A stretch of 63,400 nucleotides of DNA, filler included. It is 5 parts of 5 records of this genome, joined end to end, with 100 filler letters (N's around TTAATTAATTAA, not from the genome) between each part and the next. Parts side by side here need not be neighbours in the genome. Positions count along the whole stretch, not along the records: positions 51,171 to 63,400 come from SRR31156797_2392; 4 more parts are not named here. One strand, given 5' to 3'. Shown piece by piece: positions 54,101 through 61,013 of the stretch; within the stretch, counting starts at the first letter, position 1; every line of letters starts with the position of its first letter. The position numbers and the translations under genes were made by a program. The notes beneath the pieces were generated by a model. It saw only the letters and a list, made by a program, of their open reading frames with translations, did no database searches and was not told where the DNA came from.

Positions 54101-54255
54101 TTAGCAAAAAGCTTTATTAATATTCCTACTACTCCATTTGCATCATCTATTGTATCTTGTCCATTTTTATCAAATGAATCTTTTATAAAACTACCAAACT
54201 GCTTTAACATATCCGGCATAACTTTTGCTATTTGCTGTATTTTTTCTTTTTTCAC
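51190..54255 (-). CDS. NACHT-type STAND NTPase with C-terminal pentapeptide-like repeats
   Basis: Walker A ADFGKGKS, PIYFNLR, Walker B FLVDSLDE, IIITSRP, F.HQSF.E.L.A; ENVNFSYSYF.NINMRDCYFTNTIFDNCIF repeats. Confidence 0.8.
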   Translation of the reverse strand: MKKEKIQQIAKVMPDMLKQFGSFIKDSFDKNGQDTIDDANGVVGILIKLFAKDKIDVYFEKKSDKKLENYGLSIYLQASLIQVGESLKVALPKKDIQDIEKVIRVIQDITKTQIEIFDTDEILTVFQPKYHPIVVFVKENIKKLFNELCFSPVSHTVFFKNFNENIENTIVTCFGTDNYLRHKEEVKEFILNERETELLYDMYNLKKIGFKEDEDLKYEDTYGKWENISNLLNTDKKNDEENLFLVEDLIDQYYLQKTKICLREIVFIIADFGKGKSIFLKQYASKLAKEYIDTLEGYIPIYFNLRNYKNYQSNTKCGVIADFLKKEYAIDITSDDFKNKKYMFLVDSLDESGDLNKHSVEDVINSIKEIQNLDDSLTNRDNRIIITSRPFDDGLDSKIKEHLPYTDKDNNQYYISVHGFKKEQFNDWIKSSIKEYLKIDTIKTNNFTKKIVDNIKKEKEIDIHSLLTKNETLTEEELKRPIFAYMVYQLIINNIDFSTIGKTGVYLSFLNLLTKEAKHIDDKDHEYNLKDEIESRNVLHAIATLWMYEKHQGKQGTLKKADIFRVLESDKINEDDNKVLEQFKDDKVSDIKFLSHSYFGAKDDLLHFQHQSFAEMLLAEYYLKIFIKFALDDTSSVKDARILLNLGEPTSQTMEFFKELLQLLKDSCNNKEKEKRKLLFPLMASLATEKHNKNIRCESLWYEWLKPVKLDSSKGIPKKLLDDWCIDDEKLNLVINLAKNILESKHEYLTTKASFHKALFDDEVLEIETEVLSRTPHNIDKWMALLVGNILYTKIEKEQFFNSTINSAEIFFSMMNDWSYLYTTGTPQWANNFFIGINTQKFINPYTLKYLELENVNFSYSYFYNINMRDCYFTNTIFDNCIFINIDFYSYCYKSSFNNIKKLEDSYIRFKRNYISSSLMNKFFPNDYGIAEDRKPFITNKVQIYWPQTNGFSSETEDIDDGDIDILFNTIKGFLIYGLKKEKFTINEIIDSYEYINDDVKKYFSKLVNDLDKELNNYNNK

Positions 54256-54277
54256 TTTTTACTCCACTTTAATATAA

Positions 54278-55321
54278 TTAACACAATCCACTCCACCCAA
54301 ACTCATCAACATACTTCAAAAGATTTTTAGGTCTATACCCACTATCCCCATCCCATCTCTGCTTTACAGAGCTATGGATCAAAACTTCACTTTTTCCATG
54401 ATCAATTTTTCTATAAAATTTCTTTTTAAGTTTATAAAACTTTGTTCGAGAGTTATGTTTACTTGCAAGAGGATTGATATGGAGACTTTCTTTTAGATGA
54501 TCTTCTACTTTTAGTCCTACTTTTTTAGCTTCTTCTACAAGCCATAAAAGTGGAATATCTGAAAGTAAACCTCCATCATTATCAGGAGCATAGCTTCCAC
54601 CAACATTACTATGCGCTCCTATAAACCAAACTTGTTTTAGATCTGTTTTTCCATTTTGTTTCCAGATAGTTGGTTCAAAATCTTTTCTATGTTCATCTAT
54701 AGCTAAGGCGTGTCTTGCATATTTGATATTGCTTCCCATCTTTGTATCATAGAATTCATCTTTTTCTTCAAAAAAACCTAAAAATGACACTGGGATTCCA
54801 AGAGCTCCGACAGTATCCCATACCCCAACAAAAGTCACATCTTTTGATGGGTGGGAGTGTTGTTCTCTAAACTCTTTTGATTTTTCTCCACTTGGTTTAT
54901 AAGACTTGTCTGGATTCTTGTAGTGTTCATATGCTTCTTGGATAAGATTTGCATCATCTCTTTTTATAATTCCACAATTGTTGATAAGTCCACAAAGACT
55001 TCTTACTGTAAAAGCCCCTCGACTAAAGCCAAAAAGATATATCTCATCACCATCTTTATAGTTTTGAACAATATATCGATAATCATCCATGATGTTTTTC
55101 TCTATCCCTTTTCCTGTGGCTCCTGCGATTTTAGAATCATGGTATGAACCTAATCCCCAATCGTAAAACACCTGTTGGGTACAAACGATATGTGTTTTTT
55201 CATCTACGTCTACTGGACTTATAGCACGAGCAAGTTTTAAGACATTGGTTGGGTGTTCTTCATTCGGACTATTCCATGTTCCATCTGCACAAATAATGAT
55301 TCGTCTTTTTATATTGGACAT
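54278..55321 (-). CDS. DUF2235 (Tle1-like) alpha/beta hydrolase, putative phospholipase
   Basis: DGTWN, TNV, GFSRGA, GVWDTVG, HALAIDE.R..F, QVWF.GAHSNVGG. Confidence 0.9.
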   Translation of the reverse strand: MSNIKRRIIICADGTWNSPNEEHPTNVLKLARAISPVDVDEKTHIVCTQQVFYDWGLGSYHDSKIAGATGKGIEKNIMDDYRYIVQNYKDGDEIYLFGFSRGAFTVRSLCGLINNCGIIKRDDANLIQEAYEHYKNPDKSYKPSGEKSKEFREQHSHPSKDVTFVGVWDTVGALGIPVSFLGFFEEKDEFYDTKMGSNIKYARHALAIDEHRKDFEPTIWKQNGKTDLKQVWFIGAHSNVGGSYAPDNDGGLLSDIPLLWLVEEAKKVGLKVEDHLKESLHINPLASKHNSRTKFYKLKKKFYRKIDHGKSEVLIHSSVKQRWDGDSGYRPKNLLKYVDEFGWSGLC

Positions 55322-55359
55322 ATCTTGCTCCTCTACTAGTAAATTTTCTGTAATAGATT

Positions 55360-55393
55360 AGCATATCAAAAAAGTGTCAGAATTCCCGTCACA
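55360..55393 (-). promoter_or_regulatory. Tandem-repeat box promoter of the DUF2235-NACHT genes
   Basis: Sense strand TGTGACG-GGAAT-TCTGACA-N9-TATGCT. Confidence 0.65.
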
Positions 55394-55436
55394 CTTTACT
55401 ACTTTTTTTGCAAATTTTTCATTTTTTTTAGATACC

Positions 55437-55470
55437 TGTGATGTTACCTGTGACATTTACTTTGTAGAAT
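55437..55470 (+). promoter_or_regulatory. Tandem-repeat box promoter of the acyltransferase gene
   Basis: TGTGATG-TTACC-TGTGACA-N9-TAGAAT; TACCTGTGA repeated exactly with a 12-bp period. Confidence 0.75.
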
Positions 55471-55497
55471 TTACAAAATGATTATAAAGGAGAAAAA

Positions 55498-56262
55498 ATG
55501 TTTTACATTAACAAAAACACAGTACTAAATCAATTAGAAGAGGTGGTATATACCAACTACCAAAAACAGGTATCACACTTACCTGATAGTTTCCAACAAG
55601 AACAGTTAAAAGCGATAGAGATCTTTAAAAAAAGATTCCTATTTGAAGAGGTGATCGAAGAGGCGATCAGTTTTAATAAAAAGCTTAACTGGGATTATGA
55701 AAATCCAAATGTACAGCTTACTACCACAGCTGAAGAGCTTATAGAGGTTTTTAAACTACGAAGTGATGTGTATGATTCTATCAACTATCTTCATGAGTTT
55801 CCTGATACTATTGAGGGATTAAACTTTGATAAGTTTGATAAGCACTCTGCTATTATTTACTATAAAAACAATGGAATGATCACAGGATCTGTAAGATTGA
55901 TACATGACTCAAATATGGGATTACCCACAGAGAAAACTTTTGGATTTGATTCTATTAGAGAGGATCATAAACTGATCGGTGAGATCTCTAGAAATGTGGT
56001 ACTTAACGCAGGAAGAGGTCTCAATCTAGAGTTCAAATATCTCATGTGTGGTATTTATAATATCTTTATAAATAATGATATAGATATCGCTTTATCAGGG
56101 ATCAAACAAGATCATTTAAAGCTTTTTCAAAAGTTAGGTGGTGTAGATATTGTGCATGAGATGGATGGGTATGGATCATTGACTACTCCATTTTACATCA
56201 TCTCTTACAACCCTGAATTTGCCTCAAAGTTTTTTAAAAAGGTGTTTTTAGAAGAAAAGTGA
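55498..56262 (+). CDS. FeeM-like N-acyl amino acid synthase (GNAT / autoinducer-synthase fold)
   Basis: EELIEVFKLRSDVY, D.FD, GSVRLIHDS..GLP.E..F, GEISR, H..LFQKLG match my recollection of FeeM/LuxI-fold acyl-ACP acyltransferases; AAGGAG RBS. Confidence 0.72.
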   Translation: MFYINKNTVLNQLEEVVYTNYQKQVSHLPDSFQQEQLKAIEIFKKRFLFEEVIEEAISFNKKLNWDYENPNVQLTTTAEELIEVFKLRSDVYDSINYLHEFPDTIEGLNFDKFDKHSAIIYYKNNGMITGSVRLIHDSNMGLPTEKTFGFDSIREDHKLIGEISRNVVLNAGRGLNLEFKYLMCGIYNIFINNDIDIALSGIKQDHLKLFQKLGGVDIVHEMDGYGSLTTPFYIISYNPEFASKFFKKVFLEEK

Positions 56263-56943
56263 TCACTCATCTGCTATTTTAAAACCAATATTAGGAACAG
56301 TTTCAATCAAACTTGTTGGGAGTTTTTTTCGTAGCCTATAAATGATAGTCCGTAAAGTACTGTCTTTTATAGGTTTATTTTTCCATACTTTATATTCAAG
56401 ATCTTTAAAAAACACTACTTTCTTATCAGCTTCTATTAAAACCTTTAAAAGTTTTTTCTCTGTTTTTGATAAGACTATAATATTTTCTTTATATTTGAGT
56501 TCATTAAGTCTATAGTCATAAAGATAGTCTTTGTTGATCTGTAAGCTTGGCTCAGATAATCGATATTTTGAGTTTTTGTATATCCCTAAAATAATATTTG
56601 ATTTAAGCTCTTCAATATTAAAAGGTTTGATCAAATAACAGATAGGATCTGTCTCTAAGGCTTTTTTAATAGTATCAGTATCTGAATATGCTGTTGAATA
56701 TATCACTGGAATATCATTGTTTTTTAGATATGCTCCTATCTCTATTCCATTCTCTTTTGATCCTAGATTGATATCAGCAATCGCTATATCTGGTCTACTT
56801 TCTGCAACATTTTGTTTTACTTTATTAAATGTTTTTGCGATTGATGTCACATAAAAGCTCTCTTTTTCTAGTGACCTTTTCATATCCAATGCTACTACCA
56901 CATTATCTTCAATAATCAATACATGTATTGTTTGATTCTCCAT
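56263..56943 (-). CDS. Response regulator (REC + OmpR-type winged helix), RR1
   Basis: VLIIED, ADINL, STAY, KPF; STLRTIIYRLRKKL...IETV...G; AAGGA RBS before ATG 56943. Confidence 0.9.
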   Translation of the reverse strand: MENQTIHVLIIEDNVVVALDMKRSLEKESFYVTSIAKTFNKVKQNVAESRPDIAIADINLGSKENGIEIGAYLKNNDIPVIYSTAYSDTDTIKKALETDPICYLIKPFNIEELKSNIILGIYKNSKYRLSEPSLQINKDYLYDYRLNELKYKENIIVLSKTEKKLLKVLIEADKKVVFFKDLEYKVWKNKPIKDSTLRTIIYRLRKKLPTSLIETVPNIGFKIADE

Positions 56944-56973
56944 TTTATCATCCTTACTAAGCGAGTATTTTAG

Positions 56974-57007
56974 ATTATACAACAAAAGTGTCACCATAAC
57001 TGTCACA
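56974..57007 (-). promoter_or_regulatory. Tandem-repeat box promoter of RR1
   Basis: Sense strand TGTGACA-GTTAT-GGTGACA-N9-TATAAT. Confidence 0.75.
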
Positions 57008-57038
57008 AATAAAAAAAATCAATTATTTTTTTTATATT

Positions 57039-57054
57039 TGTAACAATGTATAAT
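57039..57054 (+). promoter_or_regulatory. HK1 promoter: single TGT-N-ACA half-site next to the -10 box
   Basis: TGTAACA-atg-TATAAT. Confidence 0.45.
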
Positions 57055-57074
57055 AAAAACAAAAAGAAAGTTTA

Positions 57075-58937
57075 ATGATGATGTTACAAAAGAGTATTCT
57101 ATTTTTAATCTTATTATCAATATTTTGTAGCTCTATTTTTGCTAAAACTTTTTCTATTAACAATGACACAGATAGCGTTAAACTCATACCACATTCCCAA
57201 ATCTATATCGATAGAACACAAAAACTTACGATTGAAAATATCACAAAACAAGAGTTACCATTTAAAGACTCACACAAAGAGCTTCTTGCTTTTGGATATT
57301 CGCCAGAGTTTAATGTTTGGATCAAACTTACTTTTTTTAATGATTCTGATACAAAACTCTCAAAAGTGATTGAATATGTAAACCCTTTAACGACTCATGT
57401 ATCCTTTTATGATCCAGATAAAAAATATGAACAACAACTAGGAGGTGTGTTTTTCAAACAAAAAGACCATACTTCACTCAATTCTATATTTCATATAAGC
57501 TTAGAGCCAAAAGAGACAAAAAACTATTATCTCAAAGCATCATCACATATCACTACTTTAATTGTAGAGCTTACTTTATGGGATGAACATAGTTTTTATA
57601 CAAAAGAGATCAAACACCAGATCATCCTCTCTTTATTTTTTGGAGCCATGATGATCTTAGGGATCTACAATCTTTTTATCTTTTTTTTCACCAAAGATAT
57701 CAGCTATCTCTATTATGTCACATATATCTTTGGTCTTATTTTACATCAGCTTGTATATGTAGGCGTTGCTGGGACTTACTTTTTCTCTTCAGAAGAGATG
57801 AGAAGAATGATTGAATACTCTCCTGCTTTAGTAGCTCTTCCTGTATTTGCGCTAGGTTTATTTACAAAAAGCTTTTTACATACAAAACAATATATCATCT
57901 ATAATAAGATCTTAAATCTTTTTTTAGTTTTAATCCCTTTAGGAACACTATTTTTTCTTCTAACAGATCAATATGATAGTTATCGAAATATCTTTACGAT
58001 GCTTTTATTGCTCTATCTTTTATATCTTACTATTTATGCAAGTTTTAAAAAGAATAAACAAGCCTACTTTATCCTTTTTGGATGGAGTATCTTTGTCTTT
58101 ACTGGAATGTTAATGTTTTTATCAAGTCTAGGAGTCTTTTCAATTAGCAACTATTTTCCTTATCTAATCGAGTTCTCTTTTTTACTTGAAGCGATTATTT
58201 TCTCTATTGCCTTAGCAAATAAGATCAATAATCTACAAAAAGAGAAAAATAAAGTTCATAAACAGCTTATCAAACAAAAAAAGAAAGAGACCAAAAGATT
58301 AGAAAAACAAGTAAAAAAGAAAACAAAAAATCTTGTAAAAGCATTAGATGAAAAAAATATTCTTTTAAAAGAGCTTCACCATCGTGTCAAAAATAATATG
58401 CAAACTATCATCTCTTTAATTCGACTTCAACTCACCGATGTGGATGATGAAAAGCTAGAATCTCAGCTGAAAACAATTCAAAATAGGGTCTCCGCTATGA
58501 GTCATCTTCATGAATTACTCTATAAACAACATGACTTTAATAAAATCAAAACCCATGAATACTTCAATATCATCATAGCTGAACTACGAGATAGCTATGG
58601 AAGTGATGTAAAAATAGATCTAAAGATCACTGCGGATCTTACAATGGATGAGGCTATCTACTGTGGTCTTATTTTAAATGAACTTATTACTAACTCTATG
58701 AAATACGCTTTTCAAAATATTGAAAATGGTATGATATGGGTATCTTTATCAAAAAACAATACTCTTTATAGTTTTGAAGTAAAAGATAATGGAATAGGAT
58801 ATGAAATAGATAAAGGATATAATTCTTTAGGGCTTACACTTGTAGAGACTCTTGCAACTGGTCAACTTGATGGTATATTTAAAGTTGAATATAGAGAGGG
58901 AACACACTCTAAAGTACTTTGGGAACACAATGAATAA
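57075..58937 (+). CDS. 7TM-DISM sensor histidine kinase (7TMR-DISMED2, 7TM, HisKA_2, HATPase), HK1
   Basis: Signal peptide, FGYS....WIK extracellular domain, G....L..YNLF.F....D..YL.Y 7TM region, ELHHRVKNNMQ, NELITNS.KYAF, DNGIG. Confidence 0.88.
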   Translation: MMMLQKSILFLILLSIFCSSIFAKTFSINNDTDSVKLIPHSQIYIDRTQKLTIENITKQELPFKDSHKELLAFGYSPEFNVWIKLTFFNDSDTKLSKVIEYVNPLTTHVSFYDPDKKYEQQLGGVFFKQKDHTSLNSIFHISLEPKETKNYYLKASSHITTLIVELTLWDEHSFYTKEIKHQIILSLFFGAMMILGIYNLFIFFFTKDISYLYYVTYIFGLILHQLVYVGVAGTYFFSSEEMRRMIEYSPALVALPVFALGLFTKSFLHTKQYIIYNKILNLFLVLIPLGTLFFLLTDQYDSYRNIFTMLLLLYLLYLTIYASFKKNKQAYFILFGWSIFVFTGMLMFLSSLGVFSISNYFPYLIEFSFLLEAIIFSIALANKINNLQKEKNKVHKQLIKQKKKETKRLEKQVKKKTKNLVKALDEKNILLKELHHRVKNNMQTIISLIRLQLTDVDDEKLESQLKTIQNRVSAMSHLHELLYKQHDFNKIKTHEYFNIIIAELRDSYGSDVKIDLKITADLTMDEAIYCGLILNELITNSMKYAFQNIENGMIWVSLSKNNTLYSFEVKDNGIGYEIDKGYNSLGLTLVETLATGQLDGIFKVEYREGTHSKVLWEHNE

Positions 58938-59622
58938 TATAAAAATAATGATTGTAGAAGATGAATCGATCGTAGCATTAGATATAAAAAAAGCACTTCA
59001 AAAACTAGGCTATCAAGTAGTAGGTACAGCCAATAAATATGAAAAAGCTATAAAAATATTTAAAGCAGAGAATCCAAGTATTGTATTTATGGATATCAAT
59101 TTAAGAAATAGTTCAAAAGATGGTATTGAAGTAGCTAAAGAGCTACAAAGAATACAAAATGTCCCTATTATCTATCTTACTGCTTTTAGCGATGAAAAAA
59201 CTTTAAAAAGAGCCATTCAAACTAATCCTGTAAGTTACTTAGTAAAACCTTTTAAATTTGAAGAGTTAAAATCAACAATTCTTTTAGCGCAATATAAACT
59301 AAACCAAGCAAACCATCCTGAAGTGGATCATAACTGTGCAAGCTTAGGGTTTGGATACTATTATAATAGAAAAGATGAGATTTTATTTTATGAAAATATC
59401 TATTTAAAACTTAGCTACAATGAAAGAAAACTGATGAGTCTTTTACTTGATGCTAAAGGAGCAATTGTACCTTATAGAGATATCGAATATATGTTATGGC
59501 CAGATGAGCCTGTATCTCAAAGCTCTTTGCGAACTCTTATCTATCGTTTACGAGCTAAGCTAGAACATAAACTTATAGAAACTGTCCATTCTGCAGGATG
59601 TAGACTTACTCCCCACTATTAA
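58930..59622 (+). CDS. Response regulator (REC + winged helix), RR2
   Basis: IMIVEDE, MDINL, LTAF, KPF; SSLRTLIYRLRAKL; overlaps HK1 stop. Confidence 0.9.
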   Translation: MNNIKIMIVEDESIVALDIKKALQKLGYQVVGTANKYEKAIKIFKAENPSIVFMDINLRNSSKDGIEVAKELQRIQNVPIIYLTAFSDEKTLKRAIQTNPVSYLVKPFKFEELKSTILLAQYKLNQANHPEVDHNCASLGFGYYYNRKDEILFYENIYLKLSYNERKLMSLLLDAKGAIVPYRDIEYMLWPDEPVSQSSLRTLIYRLRAKLEHKLIETVHSAGCRLTPHY

Positions 59623-59625
59623 AAG

Positions 59626-60315
59626 CTACTCCAAAGCTTTTTTAGCTGCCTCAACCGCATGGATCATAGTGGTATCATACACTTTTATAGCTACATCTTC
59701 AGGTTTGATCAAAAGCCCAATCTCTGTACACCCTAAAATCACCCCTTGTGCCCCTTGATCTATAAATCTATTGATAATATTGATATAGTTTTGTTTTGAC
59801 TGTTTTTCTATTTTTCCAAGACATAGTTCATCATAAATTATTTGATGGATGATTTTTCTATCCTCTTCATTTGGGATTAACACTTCTAATCCAGCATTTT
59901 GTAACCTTTGTTTATAAAACTCTTGCTCCATCGTAAAGGCAGTCCCTAAAAGGGCTACTTTTTGTATCTTATCTTTTAAAAGTACCTCTAAAGTAGTATC
60001 TGCAATATGGATAATTGGAATATCAATAGCTTGTTCTATTTGAGGGACGACTTTATGCATAGTATTGGTGCAGATCACTAAAAAATCTGCTCCTGCATTT
60101 TGTATATTTTTTGATGCAGATGAGAGAATCTCAGCCGTTCCTTCCCAGTCTCCTTTGTGTTGCAATACTTCGATCGGTTCAAAATCAACGCTTACCATAG
60201 CGATCTTTGCACTATGGAGTTTTCCACATCTCTCTTTTATGGTTTCATTGATAATTCGATAATATTCAACTGTACTCTCCCAACTCATACCACCAAGCAA
60301 GCCTATAGTTTTCAT
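59626..60315 (-). CDS. Aspartate/glutamate racemase family protein (YgeA/RacX-like)
   Basis: GGMSWEST, CTNTMH, LGCTEI; AAGGAG RBS before ATG 60315. Confidence 0.92.
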   Translation of the reverse strand: MKTIGLLGGMSWESTVEYYRIINETIKERCGKLHSAKIAMVSVDFEPIEVLQHKGDWEGTAEILSSASKNIQNAGADFLVICTNTMHKVVPQIEQAIDIPIIHIADTTLEVLLKDKIQKVALLGTAFTMEQEFYKQRLQNAGLEVLIPNEEDRKIIHQIIYDELCLGKIEKQSKQNYINIINRFIDQGAQGVILGCTEIGLLIKPEDVAIKVYDTTMIHAVEAAKKALE

Positions 60316-60326
60316 TGCATCTCCTT

Positions 60327-61013
60327 TTATTTTAATCGACACCCAGAGCCTTGAACTGTTTCAATAAGTTTATGTTCTAGTTTTCCACGTAAACGATACA
60401 CTAAAGTTCTAAGGGTACTACTTGAGACTGTACCCTCTTCCCAAATAGAATACTCTAAAGTTTCAAAAGAGACAATATCCCCTTTGGCTTCAAAAAGTAT
60501 TTTTAAAAGTTGTTTCTCTTTTGTACTTAATTTTATATTGTGCTCATGAAAATAGAGCTCTCCACCTTTTATATCATAATAGTATCCAAACCCTAAAGGC
60601 TCTAGACCTTTTTTTAAAAAGCTTTGTTTTGATTGATTGATCTTAAAAAAAGCAAGATGTATTAAAGACTTTAGGTCTTCTCTTTTAAAAGGCTTATTTA
60701 AATATCCTACTGGATTAAGTTCAATCGCTCTACTTATGGTTTTATCATCATTAAAAGCAGTTAAAAAAATCACTGGGATATCTTTGATCTTTTGCATATC
60801 AATAGCAGTTTCAATCCCATCTTTTGAATCGTGAAGATTGATATCCATAATGGCTAAATCAGGAGCATAATCCTCCACATCTTTTAAAGCATCTTCATAG
60901 TTTACAGCATGTGCGACCACGTCTACTCCAATTTTTTTTAAAGCACTTTGAATATCTAGAGCCACTATACTCTCATCTTCAACAATTAATACCTTTAAAT
61001 CTTTTAACTCCAT
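60327..61013 (-). CDS. Response regulator (REC + winged helix), RR3
   Basis: VLIVEDE, MDINL, LTAF, KPF; STLRTLVYRLRGKL; overlaps HK2 stop. Confidence 0.9.
   Translation of the reverse strand: MELKDLKVLIVEDESIVALDIQSALKKIGVDVVAHAVNYEDALKDVEDYAPDLAIMDINLHDSKDGIETAIDMQKIKDIPVIFLTAFNDDKTISRAIELNPVGYLNKPFKREDLKSLIHLAFFKINQSKQSFLKKGLEPLGFGYYYDIKGGELYFHEHNIKLSTKEKQLLKILFEAKGDIVSFETLEYSIWEEGTVSSSTLRTLVYRLRGKLEHKLIETVQGSGCRLK

Noticed and set aside
54278-55321. T6SS Tle1 effector locus
   Set aside because: No VgrG/PAAR/adaptor or immunity lipoprotein gene adjacent; the protein is essentially the catalytic domain alone
55498-56262. Calling the synthase luxI
   Set aside because: Shares the fold, but the GSVRL..DS..GLP.E..F segment looks closer to FeeM-type enzymes and no LuxR is present; product not determinable from sequence
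56944-57006. N-terminal extension of RR1 from GTG 57006 (likewise RR2 from 58852 and racemase from 60342)
   Set aside because: Runs through the promoter or the neighbouring gene; downstream ATGs have an RBS or translational coupling and start at the domain boundary
678-60834. Many short antisense or overlapping ORFs in the track (e.g. 10438-11115, 23665-24132, 26781-27173)
   Set aside because: Shadows of well-supported genes on the other strand or frame, with no RBS or motifs
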